A DNA stretch of 64,000 bases. Source: the human T2T-CHM13v2.0 reference genome, Homo sapiens. Location: NCBI RefSeq assembly GCF_009914755.1, contig NC_060948.1. One strand, given 5' to 3'. Under the pieces are notes generated by a model. It did not search any database. It had not been told where the DNA came from and was given only the letters and a program-made list of their open reading frames with translations. Position numbers and translations under genes: made by a program. Positions 40,601 through 55,700 of the stretch are shown here, piece by piece (positions within the stretch are counted from its first letter, which is position 1; each line of letters begins with the position of its first letter).

Positions 40601-43600
40601 AATTGAATATAATGGAGTCGAATGAAATGGAATTGAAAGGAATGGGATCGAATACAATGGAATATACAGGAATGTAACGTAATGAACTCGAATGTAATTG
40701 ACTGGAATGGAATGTACATGAATGGAATGTAATCGAATGGAAAGTAATCCAATGGAATAGAATCTAATGCAATAAAATCGACTCAGATAGAGTAGAATGT
40801 AATGGAATGGAGTGCAGTGCAATGGAATGGAATGGAATGGAATGCAATGGAATGGAATGGAATGGAATGGAATGGAATGGAATGGAATGGAATGGGATGG
40901 AATGGTATGGAATGGATAGTAATGGACTGGAGTGAAATGGACTGGAAAGGAATGGACTCAAATTGAAAGGGCTCGAAAGGAATGGAGTCAAATGGAATGG
41001 TCTGGTATGGAATGAACACGAATGTAATGCAACCCAATAGAATGGAATCGAATGGCATGGAATATAAAGAAATGGAATCGAAGAGAATGGAAACAAATGG
41101 AATGGAATTGAATGGAATGGAATTGAATGGAATGGGAACGAATGGAGTGAAATTGTATGCAGTAGAAGAGAATAGAATGGAATGCAAGCGAAAGGAAAGG
41201 AATGGATTGGAATGGAATGGAATTCATTGGAATGGAAGGGAATGTAGTGTAATGGACAGGCCTGGAATAAAGTGGAATGCTACGGTCTCGAATGGAATAA
41301 AAATGTATGGAATGGAATGCAATGAAACGGAATCGAATGTCATAGAATGTAATGGAATGCAAAAAAATGGAATCCAAAATCATTGACTGGAAAGGCTGGG
41401 TGTCGAAAGGAATTGACTCCAATGGAATGGAATCGAATGGAATGGAAGTGAATAGAATCGAACTAAATCGAATGGAATGGAATTGATAGGAACGGAATGG
41501 AAAGGAATGCAATGATTTGGCATGGAATGGAATCGAATGGCATCGAATGGAATGGAATGGAATGCAATGGAATGGAATGTATTAGAATGTAATGAACTTT
41601 AATGGAATGTACTCGAATGGATTCGACTGGAATGGAATGTTCTGGAAGTGAATGGACTCCAATGGAATGGATTCAAAAGGAATGGAATCGTACGGAATGG
41701 AATCTAATGTAATGGAATTAAATGGAAATGAATCAAATTGAATAGCACGGAATTGAATTGAATGGAATGGAATGCAATGGAATCTAATGAAACGGAAAGG
41801 AAAGGAATGGAATGGAATGGAATGGGCTGGAATGGAAAGGAATCGAAACGAATGGAATGGAATCGAACTGAAGAGACTGGAATGGAATGCACTGGAATGG
41901 AAGGGAGTGTAATGGAAGGTTCTCGAAAAAAATGGAATCGAATGGAATGGAATTGAATGGAACGGAATAGAGTCGAATGGAATTGAATGGAATGGAATGG
42001 ACTAGAGTGAAATGGAATCGAACCACAAGGAATGGACAGGAATAGAATGGTCTCGAATTGAATGGAATCGTATGGAATGGCATCAAACGGAATGGAATGG
42101 ACAGCCACGGAATGGAATGCACTCGAATGCAATGGAGTCGAAACTAATGGACTGGAATAGAATGGACTCGACTGGTACGGACTCCAATGGAATGGAATCG
42201 AATGGAAGGGAATCGAACGGAATGGAATCGAACGGAATGGACTCGAAGGGAAAAGACTGCAATGGAAAGGTCTCGAATGGAATGGAAATTAATGGAATGG
42301 AATGGAATCGAATGAAATGGAGTCAAAAGGAATGGAATCGAATGGCAAGAAATCGAATGTAATGGAATCGCCAGGAATTGATGTGAACGGAACGGAATGG
42401 AATGGAATCCAAAGGAATGGAATAGAATGGAATGGAATCGAATGGAAAGGACTCGAATGGAAATCACTCGAATAGAATGCAATTTAATAAAATAGGATCA
42501 AATGTAATGGAATGGAATGGAAAGGAATCGAAACGAAAGGAATGGAGACAGATGGAATGGAATGGAACAGAGAGCAATGGTATAGAATGGAATGGAATCA
42601 TCTGGAATGGAATTGAATGGAATGGAATAATATGAAATGGAATGGAATGGAATGGAATGGAATGCCCTTGAATTAAATGGACTGGAATGGAATGGACTCA
42701 AACAGAGTGGAATGGAAAGTGTGGAGATAGAATGGAATGAACTCCTTTGGAATGGTGTAGTATGCAATGCAATCGACTGGCAGGGAATCAAAAGGAATGT
42801 AATCGAATGGATTGGACTGGAATGCAATGGACTCGAATAGATTGGAAACGGAATGCAAAGGAATGGAATGGAATAGTATGGAATGCAATGGAAGGGAATG
42901 GAGTGGAATAGACTAGAGTGGAATGGAATGGACTGGAAAGCAATGGACTGGAATGGAACTTTCTTGGATGGACTGGAATCAAACGGAATGGAATGCAATG
43001 CAATCAAATGGCATGGAATAAAATAGAATGAAAGAGAATCAAATGGAATTGAATCGAATGGAATCGAATGGATTGGAAAGGAATAGAATGGAATGGAATG
43101 GAATGGACTCAGATGGAATATACTAGAATGGAATGGATTCGAATGGAAGGCAAAGGAATGGAATCTATTGGAATGGACTGTAATGGAATGGAATGGAAGG
43201 GATTGGAATGGACTCGAATGGAATGGACTGCAATAGAAAGGATTCGAATGGAATGAAAAAGAATTGAATGGAATAGAACAGAATGGAATGAAATCGAATG
43301 AAATGGAATGGAATAGAAAGGAATGGAATGAAATGGAATGGAAAGGATTCGAATGGAATGCAATCGAATGGAATGGAATCGAACGGAATGGAATAAAATG
43401 GAAGAAAACTGGCAAGAAATGGAATCGAAATGAATGGAGTGTTATGGAACGGACTCAAAAGGAATTGAATGTAATAGAATGGAGTGGAGTGGACTCGAAT
43501 ATAATGGACTGGAATGGAATGAAATCACATGGAATGGGAACGAATGGAATGGAATGGAAAGGAATGGAATCGAATGGAAAGGAATCGAATGGAAGGGAAT

Positions 43601-46600
43601 GAAATTGAATCAACACGAATGGAAGGGAATAGAATAGACTGTAATGGAATGGACTCGAATAGAATGGACACGAATGCTCAAATTAAATGGACTCGAATGG
43701 AATGGAAACGAAAGGAATGTCACCGAATGGAATTGAATCGATTGGAATGAAATCGCATAGAATGGAGTGGAATCAAATGGAATTGAATCGAAAGGAAAGG
43801 AAGCGAATGGACTGAAATGAAATGGAATGGAATTGAATGGAAAGTAATGCAATGGAATAGAATGGAACGAAATTTCACGGAATGGAATGAAACTGAATGG
43901 AATCAAATCAATGGAATCAAATCAAATGGAATGGAAAGGAATTGAATGGAGTAGATGGGATTGGATGGGATTGGAATGAAATGTACTGGAAAGGACTCGA
44001 ATTTCATGAAACGGAATGGAATGAATTGGAACGGAATGGACTCAAATGGAATGGAATGTCATGGGATGGCATCAAATGGAATGACATCAAATGGAATGGA
44101 ATCGAATGCAATGGAATGCTATGGAATGGAATGGAATGCATTGGAATGGAATGTCCGCTAATGGAATGGATTCGAGTGGAATGGAATCGAATATAATGGA
44201 GTCGAATGAAATGGAATTGAAAGGAATGGGATCGAATACAATGGAATATACTGGAATGTAACGTAATGAACTCGAATGTAATTGACTGGAATGGAATGTA
44301 CATGAATGGAATGTAATCGAATGGAAAGTAATCCAATGGAATAGAATCTAATGCAATAAAATCGACTCAGATAGAGTAGAATGTAATGGAATGGAGTGCA
44401 GTGCAATGGAATGGAATGGAATGGAATGCAATGGAATGGAATGGAATGGAATGGAATGGAATGGAATGGAATGGAATGGGATGGAATGGTATGGAATGGA
44501 TAGTAATGCACTGGAGTGAAATGGACTGGAAAGGAATGGACTCAAATTGACAGCGCTCGAAAGGAATGGAGTCAAATGGAATGGTCTGGAATGGAATGAA
44601 CACGAACGTAATGCAACCCAATAGAATGGAATCGAATGGCATGGAATATAAAGAAATGGAATCGAAGAGAATGGAAACAAATGGAATGGAATTGAATGGA
44701 ATGGAATTGAATGGAATGGGAACGAATGGAGTGAAATTGTATGCAGTAGAAGAGAATAGAATGGAATGCAAGCGAAAGGAAAGGAATGGATTGGAATGGA
44801 ATGGAATTCATTGGAATGGAAGGGAATGTAGTGTAATGGACAGGCCTGGAATAAAGTGGAATGCTACGGTCTCGAATGGAATAAAAATGTATGGAATGGA
44901 AGGCAATGAAACGGAATCGAATGTCATAGAATGTAATGGAATGCAAAAAAATGGAATCCAAAATCATTGACTGGAAAGGCTGGGTGTCGAAAGGAATTGA
45001 CTCCAATGGAATGGAATCGAATGGAATGGAAGTGAATAGAATCGAACTAAATCGAATGGAATGGAATTGATAGGAACGGAATGGAAAGGAATGCAATGAT
45101 TTGGCATGGAATGGAATCGAATGGCATCGAATGGAATGGAATGGAATGCAATGGAATGGAATGTATTAGAACGTAATGAACTTTAATGTAATGTACTCGA
45201 ATGGATTCGACTGGAATGGAATGTTCTGGAAGTGAATGGACTCCAATGGAATGGATTCAAAAGGAATGGAATCGTACGGAATGGAATCTAATGGAATGGA
45301 ATTAAATGGAAATGAATCAAATTGAATAGCACGGAATTGAATTGAATGGAATGGAATGCAATGGAATCTAATGAAACGGAAAGGAAAGGAATGGAATGGA
45401 ATGGAATGGGCTGGAATGGAAAGGAATCGAAACGAATGGAATGGAATCGAAGTGAAGAGACTGGAATGGAATGCACTGGAATGGAAGGGAGTGTAATGGA
45501 AGGTTCTCGAAAAAAATGGAATCGAATGGAATGGAATTGAATGGAACGGAATAGAGTCGAATGGAATTGAATGGAATGGAATGGACTAGAGTGAAATGGA
45601 ATCGAACCACAAGGAATGGACAGGAATAGAATGGTCTCGAATTGAATGGAATCGTATGGAATGGCATCAAACGGAATGGAATGGACAGCCACGGAATGGA
45701 ATGCACTCGAAAGCAATGGAGTCGAAACTAATGGACTGGAATAGAGTGGACTCGACTGGTACGGACTCCAATGGAATGGAATCGAATGGAAAGGAATCGA
45801 ACGGAAGGGAATCGAACGGAATGGACTCGAAGGGAAAAGACTGCAATGGAAAGGTCTCGAATGGAATGGAAATTAATGGAATGGAATGGAATCGAATGAA
45901 ATGGAGTCAAAAGGAATGGAATCGAATGGCAAGAAATCGAATGTAATGGAATCGCCAGGAATTGATGTGAATGGAACGGAATGGAATGGAATCCAAAGGA
46001 ATGGAATAGAATGGAATGGAATCGAATGGAAAGGACTCGAATGGAAATCACTCGAATAGAATGCAATTTAATAAAATAGGATCAAATGTAATGGAATGGA
46101 ATGGAAAGGAATCGAAACGAAAGGAATGGAGACAGATGGAATGGAATGGAACAGAGAGCAATGGTATAGAATGGAATGGAATCATCTGGAATGGAATTGA
46201 ATGGAATGGAATAATATGAAATGGAATGGAATGGAATGGAATGGAATGCCCTTGAATTAAATGGACTGGAATGGAATGGACTCAAACAGAGTGGAATGGA
46301 AAGTGTGGAGATAGAATGGAATGAACTCCTTTGGAATGGTGTAGTATGCAATGCAATCGACTGGCAGGGAATCAAAAGGAATGTAATCGAATGGATTGGA
46401 CTGGAATGCAATGGACTCGAATAGATTGGAAACGGAATGCAAAGGAATGGAATGGAATAGTATGGAATGCAATGGAAGGGAATGGAGTGGAATAGACTAG
46501 AGTGGAATGGAATGGACTGGAAAGCAATGGACTGGAATGGAACTTTCTTGGATGGACTGGAATCAAACGGAATGGAATGCAATGCAATCAAATGGCATGG

Positions 46601-49600
46601 AATAAAATAGAATGAAAGAGAATCAAATGGAATTGAATCGAATGGAATCGAATGGATTGGAAAGGAATAGAATGGAATGGAATGGAATGGACTCAAATGG
46701 AATGGACTAGAATGGAATGGATTCGAATGGAAGGCAAAGGAATGGAATCTATTGGAATGGACTGTAATGGAATGGAATGGAAGGGATTGGAATGGACTCG
46801 AATGGAATGGACTGCAATAGAAAGGATTCGAATGGAATGAAAAAGAATTGAATGGAATAGAACAGAATGGAATCAAATCGAATGAAATGGAATGGAATAG
46901 AAAGGAATGGAATGAAATGGAATGGAAAGGATTCGAATGGAATGCAATCGAATGGAATGGAATCGAACGGAATGGAATAAAATGGAAGAAAACTGGCAAG
47001 AAATGGAATCGAAATGAATGGAGTGTTATGGAACGGACTCAAAAGGAATTGAATGTAATAGAATGGAGTGGAGTGGACTCGAATATAATGGACTGGAATG
47101 GAATGAAATCACATGGAATGGGAACGAATGGAATGGAATGGAAAGGAATGGAATCGAATGGAAAGGAATCGAATGGAAGGGAATGAAATTGAATCAACAC
47201 GAATGGAAGGGAATAGAATAGACTGTAATGGAATGGACTCGAATAGAATGGACACGAATGCTCAAATTAAATGGACTCGAATGGAATGGAAACGAAAGGA
47301 ATGTCATCGAATGGAATTGAATCGATTGGAATGAAATCGCATAGAATGGAGTGGAATCAAATGGAATTGAATCGAAAGGAAAGGAAGCGAATGGACTGAA
47401 ATGAAATGGAATGGAATTGAATGGAAAGTAATGCAATGGAATAGAATGGAACGAAATTTCACGGAATGGAATCAAACTGAATGGAATCAAATCAATGGAA
47501 TCAAATCAAATGGAATGGAAAGGAATTGAATGGAGTAGATGGGATTGGATGGGATTGGAATGAAATGTACTGGAAAGGACTCGAATTTCATGAAACGGAA
47601 TGGAATGAATTGGAACGGAATGGACTCGAATGGAATGGAATGTCATGGGATGGCATCAAATGGAATGACATCAAATGGAATGGAATCGAATGCAATGGAA
47701 TGCTATGGAATGGAATGGAATGCATTGGAATGGAATGTCCGCTAATGGAATGGATTCGAGTGGAATGGAATTGAATATAATGGAGTCGAATGAAATGGAA
47801 TTGAAAGGAATGGGATCGAATACAATGGAATATACTGGAATGTAACGTAATGAACTCGAATGTAATTGACTGGAATGGAATGTACATGAATGGAATGTAA
47901 TCGAATGGAAAGTAATCCAATGGAATAGAATCTAATGCAATAAAATCGACTCAGATAGAGTAGAATGTAATGGAATGGAGTGCAGTGCAATGGAATGGAA
48001 TGGAATGGAATGCAATGGAATGGAATGGAATGGAATGGAATGGAATGGAATGGAATGGGATGGAATGGTATGGAATGGATAGTAATGGACTGGAGTGAAA
48101 TGGACTGGAAAGGAATGGACTCAAATTGACAGCGCTCGAAAGGAATGGAGTCAAATGGAATGGTCTGGAATGGAATGAACACGAATGTAATGCAACCCAA
48201 TAGAATGGAATCGAATGGCATGGAATATAAAGAAATGGAATCGAAGAGAATGGAAACAAATGGAATGGAATTGAATGGAATGGAATTGAATGGAATGGGA
48301 ACGAATGGAGTGAAATTGTATGCAGTAGAAGAGAATAGAATGGAATGCAAGCGAAAGGAAAGGAATGGATTGGAATGGAATGGAATTCATTGGAATGGAA
48401 GGGAATGTAGTGTAATGGACAGGCCTGGAATAAAGTGGAATGCTACGGTCTCGAATGGAATAAAAATGTATGGAATGGAAGGCAATGAAACGGAATCGAA
48501 TGTCATAGAATGTAATGGAATGCAAAAAAATGGAATCCAAAATCATTGACTGGAAAGGCTGGGTGTCGAAAGGAATTGACTCCAATGGAATGGAATCGAA
48601 TGGAATGGAAGTGAATAGAATCGAACTAAATCGAATGGAATGGAATTGATAGGAACGGAATGGAAAGGAATGCAATGATTTGGCATGGAATGGAATCGAA
48701 TGGCATCGAATGGAATGGAATGGAATGCAATGGAATGGAATGTATTAGAACGTAATGAACTTTAATGGAATGTACTCGAATGGATTCGACTGGAATGGAA
48801 TGTTCTGGAAGTGAATGGACTCCAATGGAATGGATTCAAAAGGAATGGAATCGTACGGAATGGAATCTAATGGAATGGAATTAAATGGAAATGAATCAAA
48901 TTGAATAGCACGGAATTGAATTGAATGGAATGGAATGCAATGGAATCTAATGAAACGGAAAGGAAAGGAATGGAATGGAATGGAATGGGCTGGAATGGAA
49001 AGGAATCGAAACGAATGGAATGGAATCGAAGTGAAGAGACTGGAATGGAATGCACTGGAATGGAAGGGAGTGTAATGGAAGGTTCTCGAAAAAAATGGAA
49101 TCGAATGGAATGGAATTGAATGGAACGGAATAGAGTCGAATGGAATTGAATGGAATGGAATGGACTAGAGTGAAATGGAATCGAACCACAAGGAATGGAC
49201 AGGAATAGAATGGTCTCGAATTGAATGGAATCGTATGGAATGGCATCAAACGGAATGGAATGGACAGCCACGGAATGGAATGCACTCGAAAGCAATGGAG
49301 TCGAAACTAATGGACTGGAATAGAGTGGACTCGACTGGTACGGACTCCAATGGAATGGAATCGAATGGAAGGGAATCGAACGGAAGGGAATCGAACGGAA
49401 TGGACTCGAAGGGAAAAGACTGCAATGGAAAGGTCTCGAATGGAATGGAAATTAATGGAATGGAATGGAATCGAATGAAATGGAGTCAAAAGGAATGGAA
49501 TCGAATGGCAAGAAATCGAATGTAATGGAATCGCCAGGAATTGATGTGAATGGAACGGAATGGAATGGAATCCAAAGGAATGGAATAGAATGGAATGGAA

Positions 49601-52600
49601 TCGAATGGAAAGGACTCGAATGGAAATCACTCGAATAGAATGCAATTTAATAAAATAGGATCAAATGTAATGGAATGGAATGGAAAGGAATCGAAACGAA
49701 AGGAATGGAGACAGATGGAATGGAATGGAACAGAGAGCAATGGTATAGAATGGAATGGAATCATCTGGAATGGAATTGAATGGAATGGAATAATATGAAA
49801 TGGAATGGAATGGAATGGAATGGAATGCCCTTGAATTGAATGGACTGGAATAGAATGGACTCAAACAGAGTGGAATGGAAAGTGTGGAGATAGAATGGAA
49901 TGAACTCCTTTGGAATGGTGTAGTATGCAATGCAATCGACTGGCAGGGAATCAAAAGGTATGTAATCGAATGGATTGGACTGGAATGCAAAGGACTCGAA
50001 TAGATTGGAAACGGAATGCAAAGGAATGGAATGGAATAGTATGGAATGCAATGGAAGGGAATGGAGTGGAATAGACTAGAGTGGAATGGAATGGACTGGA
50101 AAGCAATGGACTGGAATGGAACTTTCTTGGATGGACTGGAATCAAACGGAATGGAATGCAGTGCAATCAAATGGCATGGAATAAAATAGAATGAAAGAGA
50201 ATCAAATGGAATTGAATCGAATGGAATCGAATGGATTGGAAAGGAATAGAATGGAATGGAATGGAATGGACTCAAATGGAATGGACTAGAATGGAATGGA
50301 TTCGAATGGAAGGCAAAGGAATGGAATCTATTGGAATGGACTGTAATGGAATGGAATGGAAGGGATTGGAATGGACTCGAATGGAATGGACTGCAATAGA
50401 AAGGATTCGAATGGAATGAAAAAGAATTGAATGGAATAGAACAGAATGGAATCAAATCGAATGAAATGGAATGGAATAGAAAGGAATGGAATGAAATGGA
50501 ATGGAAAGGATTCGAATGGAATGCAATCGAATGGAATGGAATCGAACGGAATGGAAGAAAATGGAAGAAAACTGGCAAGAAATGGAATCGAAATGAATGG
50601 AGTGTTATGGAACGGACTCAAAAGGAATTGAATGTAATAGAATGGAGTGGAGTGGACTCGAATATAATGGACTGGAATGGAATGAAATCACATGGAATGG
50701 GAACGAATGGAATGGAATGGAAAGGAATGGAATCGAATGGAAAGGAATCGAATGGAAGGGAATGAAATTGAATCAACAGGAATGGAAGGCAATAGAATAG
50801 ACTGTAATGGAATGGACTCGAATAGAATGGACACGAATGCTCAAATTAAATGGACTCGAATGGAATGGAAACGAAAGGAATGTCATCGAATGGAATTCAA
50901 TCGATTGGAATGAAATCGCATAGAATGGAGTGGAATCAAATGGAATTGAATCGAAAGGAAAGGAAGCGAATGGACTGAAATGAAATGGAATGGAATTGAA
51001 TGGAAAGTAATGCAATGGAATAGAATGGAACGAAATTTCACGGAATGGAATCAAACTGAATGGAATCAAATCAATGGAATCAAATCAAATGGAATGGAAA
51101 GGAATTGAATGGAGTAGATGGGATTGGATGGGATTGGAATGAAATGTACTGGAAAGGACTCGAATTTCATGAAACGGAATGGAATGAATTGGAACGGAAT
51201 GGACTCGAATGGAATGGAATGTCATGGGATGGCATCAAATGGAATGGCATCAAATGGAATGGAATCGAATGCAATGGAATGCTATGGAATGGAATGGAAT
51301 GCATTGGAATGGAATGTCCTCTAATGGAGTGGATTCGAGTGGAATGGAATTGAATATAATGGAGTCGAATGAAATGGAATTGAAAGGAATGGGATCGAAT
51401 ACAATGGAATATACAGGAATGTAACGTAATGAACTCGAATGTAATTGACTGGAATGGAATGTACATGAATGGAATGTAATCGAATGGAAAGTAATCCAAT
51501 GGAATAGAATCTAATGCAATAAAATCGACTCAGATAGAGTAGAATGTAATGGAATGGAGTGCAGTGCAATGGAATGGAATGGAATGGAATGCAATGGAAT
51601 GGAATGGAATGGAATGGAATGGAATGGAATGGAATGGAATGGGATGGAATGGTATGGAATGGATAGTAATGGACTGGAGTGAAATGGACTGGAAAGGAAT
51701 GGACTCAAATTGAAAGGGCTCGAAAGGAATGGAGTCAAATGGAATGGTCTGGTATGGAATGAACACGAATGTAATGCAACCCAATAGAATGGAATCGAAT
51801 GGCATGGAATATAAAGAAATGGAATCGAAGAGAATGGAAACAAATGGAATGGAATTGAATGGAATGGAATTGAATGGAATGGGAACGAATGGAGTGAAAT
51901 TGTATGCAGTAGAAGAGAATAGAATGGAATGCAAGCGAAAGGAAAGGAATGGATTGGAATGGAATGGAATTCATTGGAATGGAAGGGAATGTAGTGTAAT
52001 GGACAGGCCTGGAATAAAGTGGAATGCTACGGTCTCGAATGGAATAAAAATGTATGGAATGGAATGCAATGAAACGGAATCGAATGTCATAGAATGTAAT
52101 GGAATGCAAAAAAATGGAATCCAAAATCATTGACTGGAAAGGCTGGGTGTCGAAAGGAATTGACTCCAATGGAATGGAATCGAATGGAATGGAAGTGAAT
52201 AGAATCGAACTAAATCGAATGGAATGGAATTGATAGGAACGGAATGGAAAGGAATGCAATGATTTGGCATGGAATGGAATCGAATGGCATCGAATGGAAT
52301 GGAATGGAATGCAATGGAATGGAATGTATTAGAATGTAATGAACTTTAATGGAATGTACTCGAATGGATTCGACTGGAATGGAATGTTCTGGAAGTGAAT
52401 GGACTCCAATGGAATGGATTCAAAAGGAATGGAATCGTACGGAATGGAATCTAATGGAATGGAATTAAATGGAAATGAATCAAATTGAATAGCACGGAAT
52501 TGAATTGAATGGAATGGAATGCAATGGAATCTAATGAAACGGAAAGGAAAGGAATGGAATGGAATGGAATGGGCTGGAATGGAAAGGAATCGAAACGAAT

Positions 52601-55600
52601 GGAATGGAATCGAACTGAAGAGACTGGAATGGAATGCACTGGAATGGAAGGGAGTGTAATGGAAGGTTCTCGAAAAAAATGGAATCGAATGGAATGGAAT
52701 TGAATGGAACGGAATAGAGTCGAATGGAATTGAATGGAATGGAATGGACTAGAGTGAAATGGAATCGAACCACAAGGAATGGACAGGAATAGAATGGTCT
52801 CGAATTGAATGGAATCGTATGGAATGGCATCAAACGGAATGGAATGGACAGCCACGGAATGGAATGCACTCGAATGCAATGGAGTCGAAACTAATGGACT
52901 GGAATAGAATGGACTCGACTGGTACGGACTCCAATGGAATGGAATCGAATGGAAGGGAATCGAACGGAATGGAATCGAACGGAATGGACTCGAAGGGAAA
53001 AGACTGCAATGGAAAGGTCTCGAATGGAATGGAAATTAATGGAATGGAATGGAATCGAATGAAATGGAGTCAAAAGGAATGGAATCGAATGGCAAGAAAT
53101 CGAATGTAATGGAATCGCCAGGAATTGATGTGAACGGAACGGAATGGAATGGAATCCAAAGGAATGGAATAGAATGGAATGGAATCGAATGGAAAGGACT
53201 CGAATGGAAATCACTCGAATAGAATGCAATTTAATAAAATAGGATCAAATGTAATGGAATGGAATGGAAAGGAATCGAAACGAAAGGAATGGAGACAGAT
53301 GGAATGGAATGGAACAGAGAGCAATGGTATAGAATGGAATGGAATCATCTGGAATGGAATTGAATGGAATGGAATAATATGAAATGGAATGGAATGGAAT
53401 GGAATGGAATGCCCTTGAATTAAATGGACTGGAATGGAATGGACTCAAACAGAGTGGAATGGAAAGTGTGGAGATAGAATGGAATGAACTCCTTTGGAAT
53501 GGTGTAGTATGCAATGCAATCGACTGGCAGGGAATCAAAAGGAATGTAATCGAATGGATTGGACTGGAATGCAATGGACTCGAATAGATTGGAAACGGAA
53601 TGCAAAGGAATGGAATGGAATAGTATGGAATGCAATGGAAGGGAATGGAGTGGAATAGACTAGAGTGGAATGGAATGGACTGGAAAGCAATGGACTGGAA
53701 TGGAACTTTCTTGGATGGACTGGAATCAAACGGAATGGAATGCAATGCAATCAAATGGCATGGAATAAAATAGAATGAAAGAGAATCAAATGGAATTGAA
53801 TCGAATGGAATCGAATGGATTGGAAAGGAATAGAATGGAATGGAATGGAATGGACTCAAATGGAATGTACTAGAATGGAATGGATTCGAATGGAAGGCAA
53901 AGGAATGGAATCTATTGGAATGGACTGTAATGGAATGGAATGGAAGGGATTGGAATGGACTCGAATGGAATGGACTGCAATAGAAAGGATTCGAATGGAA
54001 TGAAAAAGAATTGAATGGAATAGAACAGAATGGAATCAAATCGAATGAAATGGAATGGAATAGAAAGGAATGGAATGAAATGGAATGGAAAGGATTCGAA
54101 TGGAATGCAATCGAATGGAATGGAATCGAACGGAATGGAATAAAATGGAAGAAAACTGGCAAGAAATGGAATCGAAATGAATGGAGTGTTATGGAACGGA
54201 CTCAAAAGGAATTGAATGTAATAGAATGGAGTGGAGTGGACTCGAATATAATGGACTGGAATGGAATGAAATCACATGGAATGGGAACGAATGGAATGGA
54301 ATGGAAAGGAATGGAATCGAATGGAAAGGAATCGAATGGAAGGGAATGAAATTGAATCAACACGAATGGAAGGGAATAGAATAGACTGTAATGGAATGGA
54401 CTCGAATAGAATGGACACGAATGCTCAAATTAAATGGACTCGAATGGAATGGAAACGAAAGGAATGTCACCGAATGGAATTGAATCGATTGGAATGAAAT
54501 CGCATAGAATGGAGTGGAATCAAATGGAATTGAATCGAAAGGAAAGGAAGCGAATGGACTGAAATGAAATGGAATGGAATTGAATGGAAAGTAATGCAAT
54601 GGAATAGAATGGAACGAAATTTCACGGAATGGAATGAAACTGAATGGAATCAAATCAATGGAATCAAATCAAATGGAATGGAAAGGAATTGAATGGAGTA
54701 GATGGGATTGGATGGGATTGGAATGAAATGTACTGGAAAGGACTCGAATTTCATGAAACGGAATGGAATGAATTGGAACGGAATGGACTCAAATGGAATG
54801 GAATGTCATGGGATGGCATCAAATGGAATGACATCAAATGGAATGGAATCGCATGCAATGGAATGCTATGGAATGGAATGGAATGCATTGGAATGGAATG
54901 TCCGCTAATGGAATGGATTCGAGTGGAATGGAATCGAATATAATGGAGTCGAATGAAATGGAATTGAAAGGAATGGGATCGAATACAATGGAATATACTG
55001 GAATGTAACGTAATGAACTCGAATGTAATTGACTGGAATGGAATGTACATGAATGGAATGTAATCGAATGGAAAGTAATCCAATGGAATAGAATCTAATG
55101 CAATAAAATCGACTCAGATAGAGTAGAATGTAATGGAATGGAGTGCAGTGCAATGGAATGGAATGGAATGGAATGCAATGGAATGGAATGGAATGGAATG
55201 GAATGGAATGGAATGGAATGGAATGGGATGGAATGGTATGGAATGGATAGTAATGCACTGGAGTGAAATGGACTGGAAAGGAATGGACTCAAATTGACAG
55301 CGCTCGAAAGGAATGGAGTCAAATGGAATGGTCTGGAATGGAATGAACACGAATGTAATGCAACCCAACAGAATGGAATCGAATGGCATGGAATATAAAG
55401 AAATGGAATCGAAGAGAATGGAAACAAATGGAATGGAATTGAATGGAATGGAATTGAATGGAATGGGAACGAATGGAGTGAAATTGTATGCAGTAGAAGA
55501 GAATAGAATGGAATGCAAGCGAAAGGAAAGGAATGGATTGGAATGGAATGGAATTCATTGGAATGGAAGGGAATGTAGTGTAATGGACAGGCCTGGAATA

Positions 55601-55700
55601 AAGTGGAATGCTACGGTCTCGAATGGAATAAAAATGTATGGAATGGAAGGCAATGAAACGGAATCGAATGTCATAGAATGTAATGGAATGCAAAAAAATG
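37700..55700 (+). repeat. Three-unit-offset (10,747 bp) duplication: ~37.7-44.9 kb matches ~48.45-55.65 kb
   Basis: Shared variants: GGAAGAAAATGG (~39810/~50557), GGAAGGCAATAG (~40043/~50790), extra GAATTC (40146/50893), GGAGTGGATTC (~40582/~51329), CTGGTATGG (~41006/~51753). ORF landmarks 39484/50231 and 43068/53815 each differ by 10747. Confidence 0.8.
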
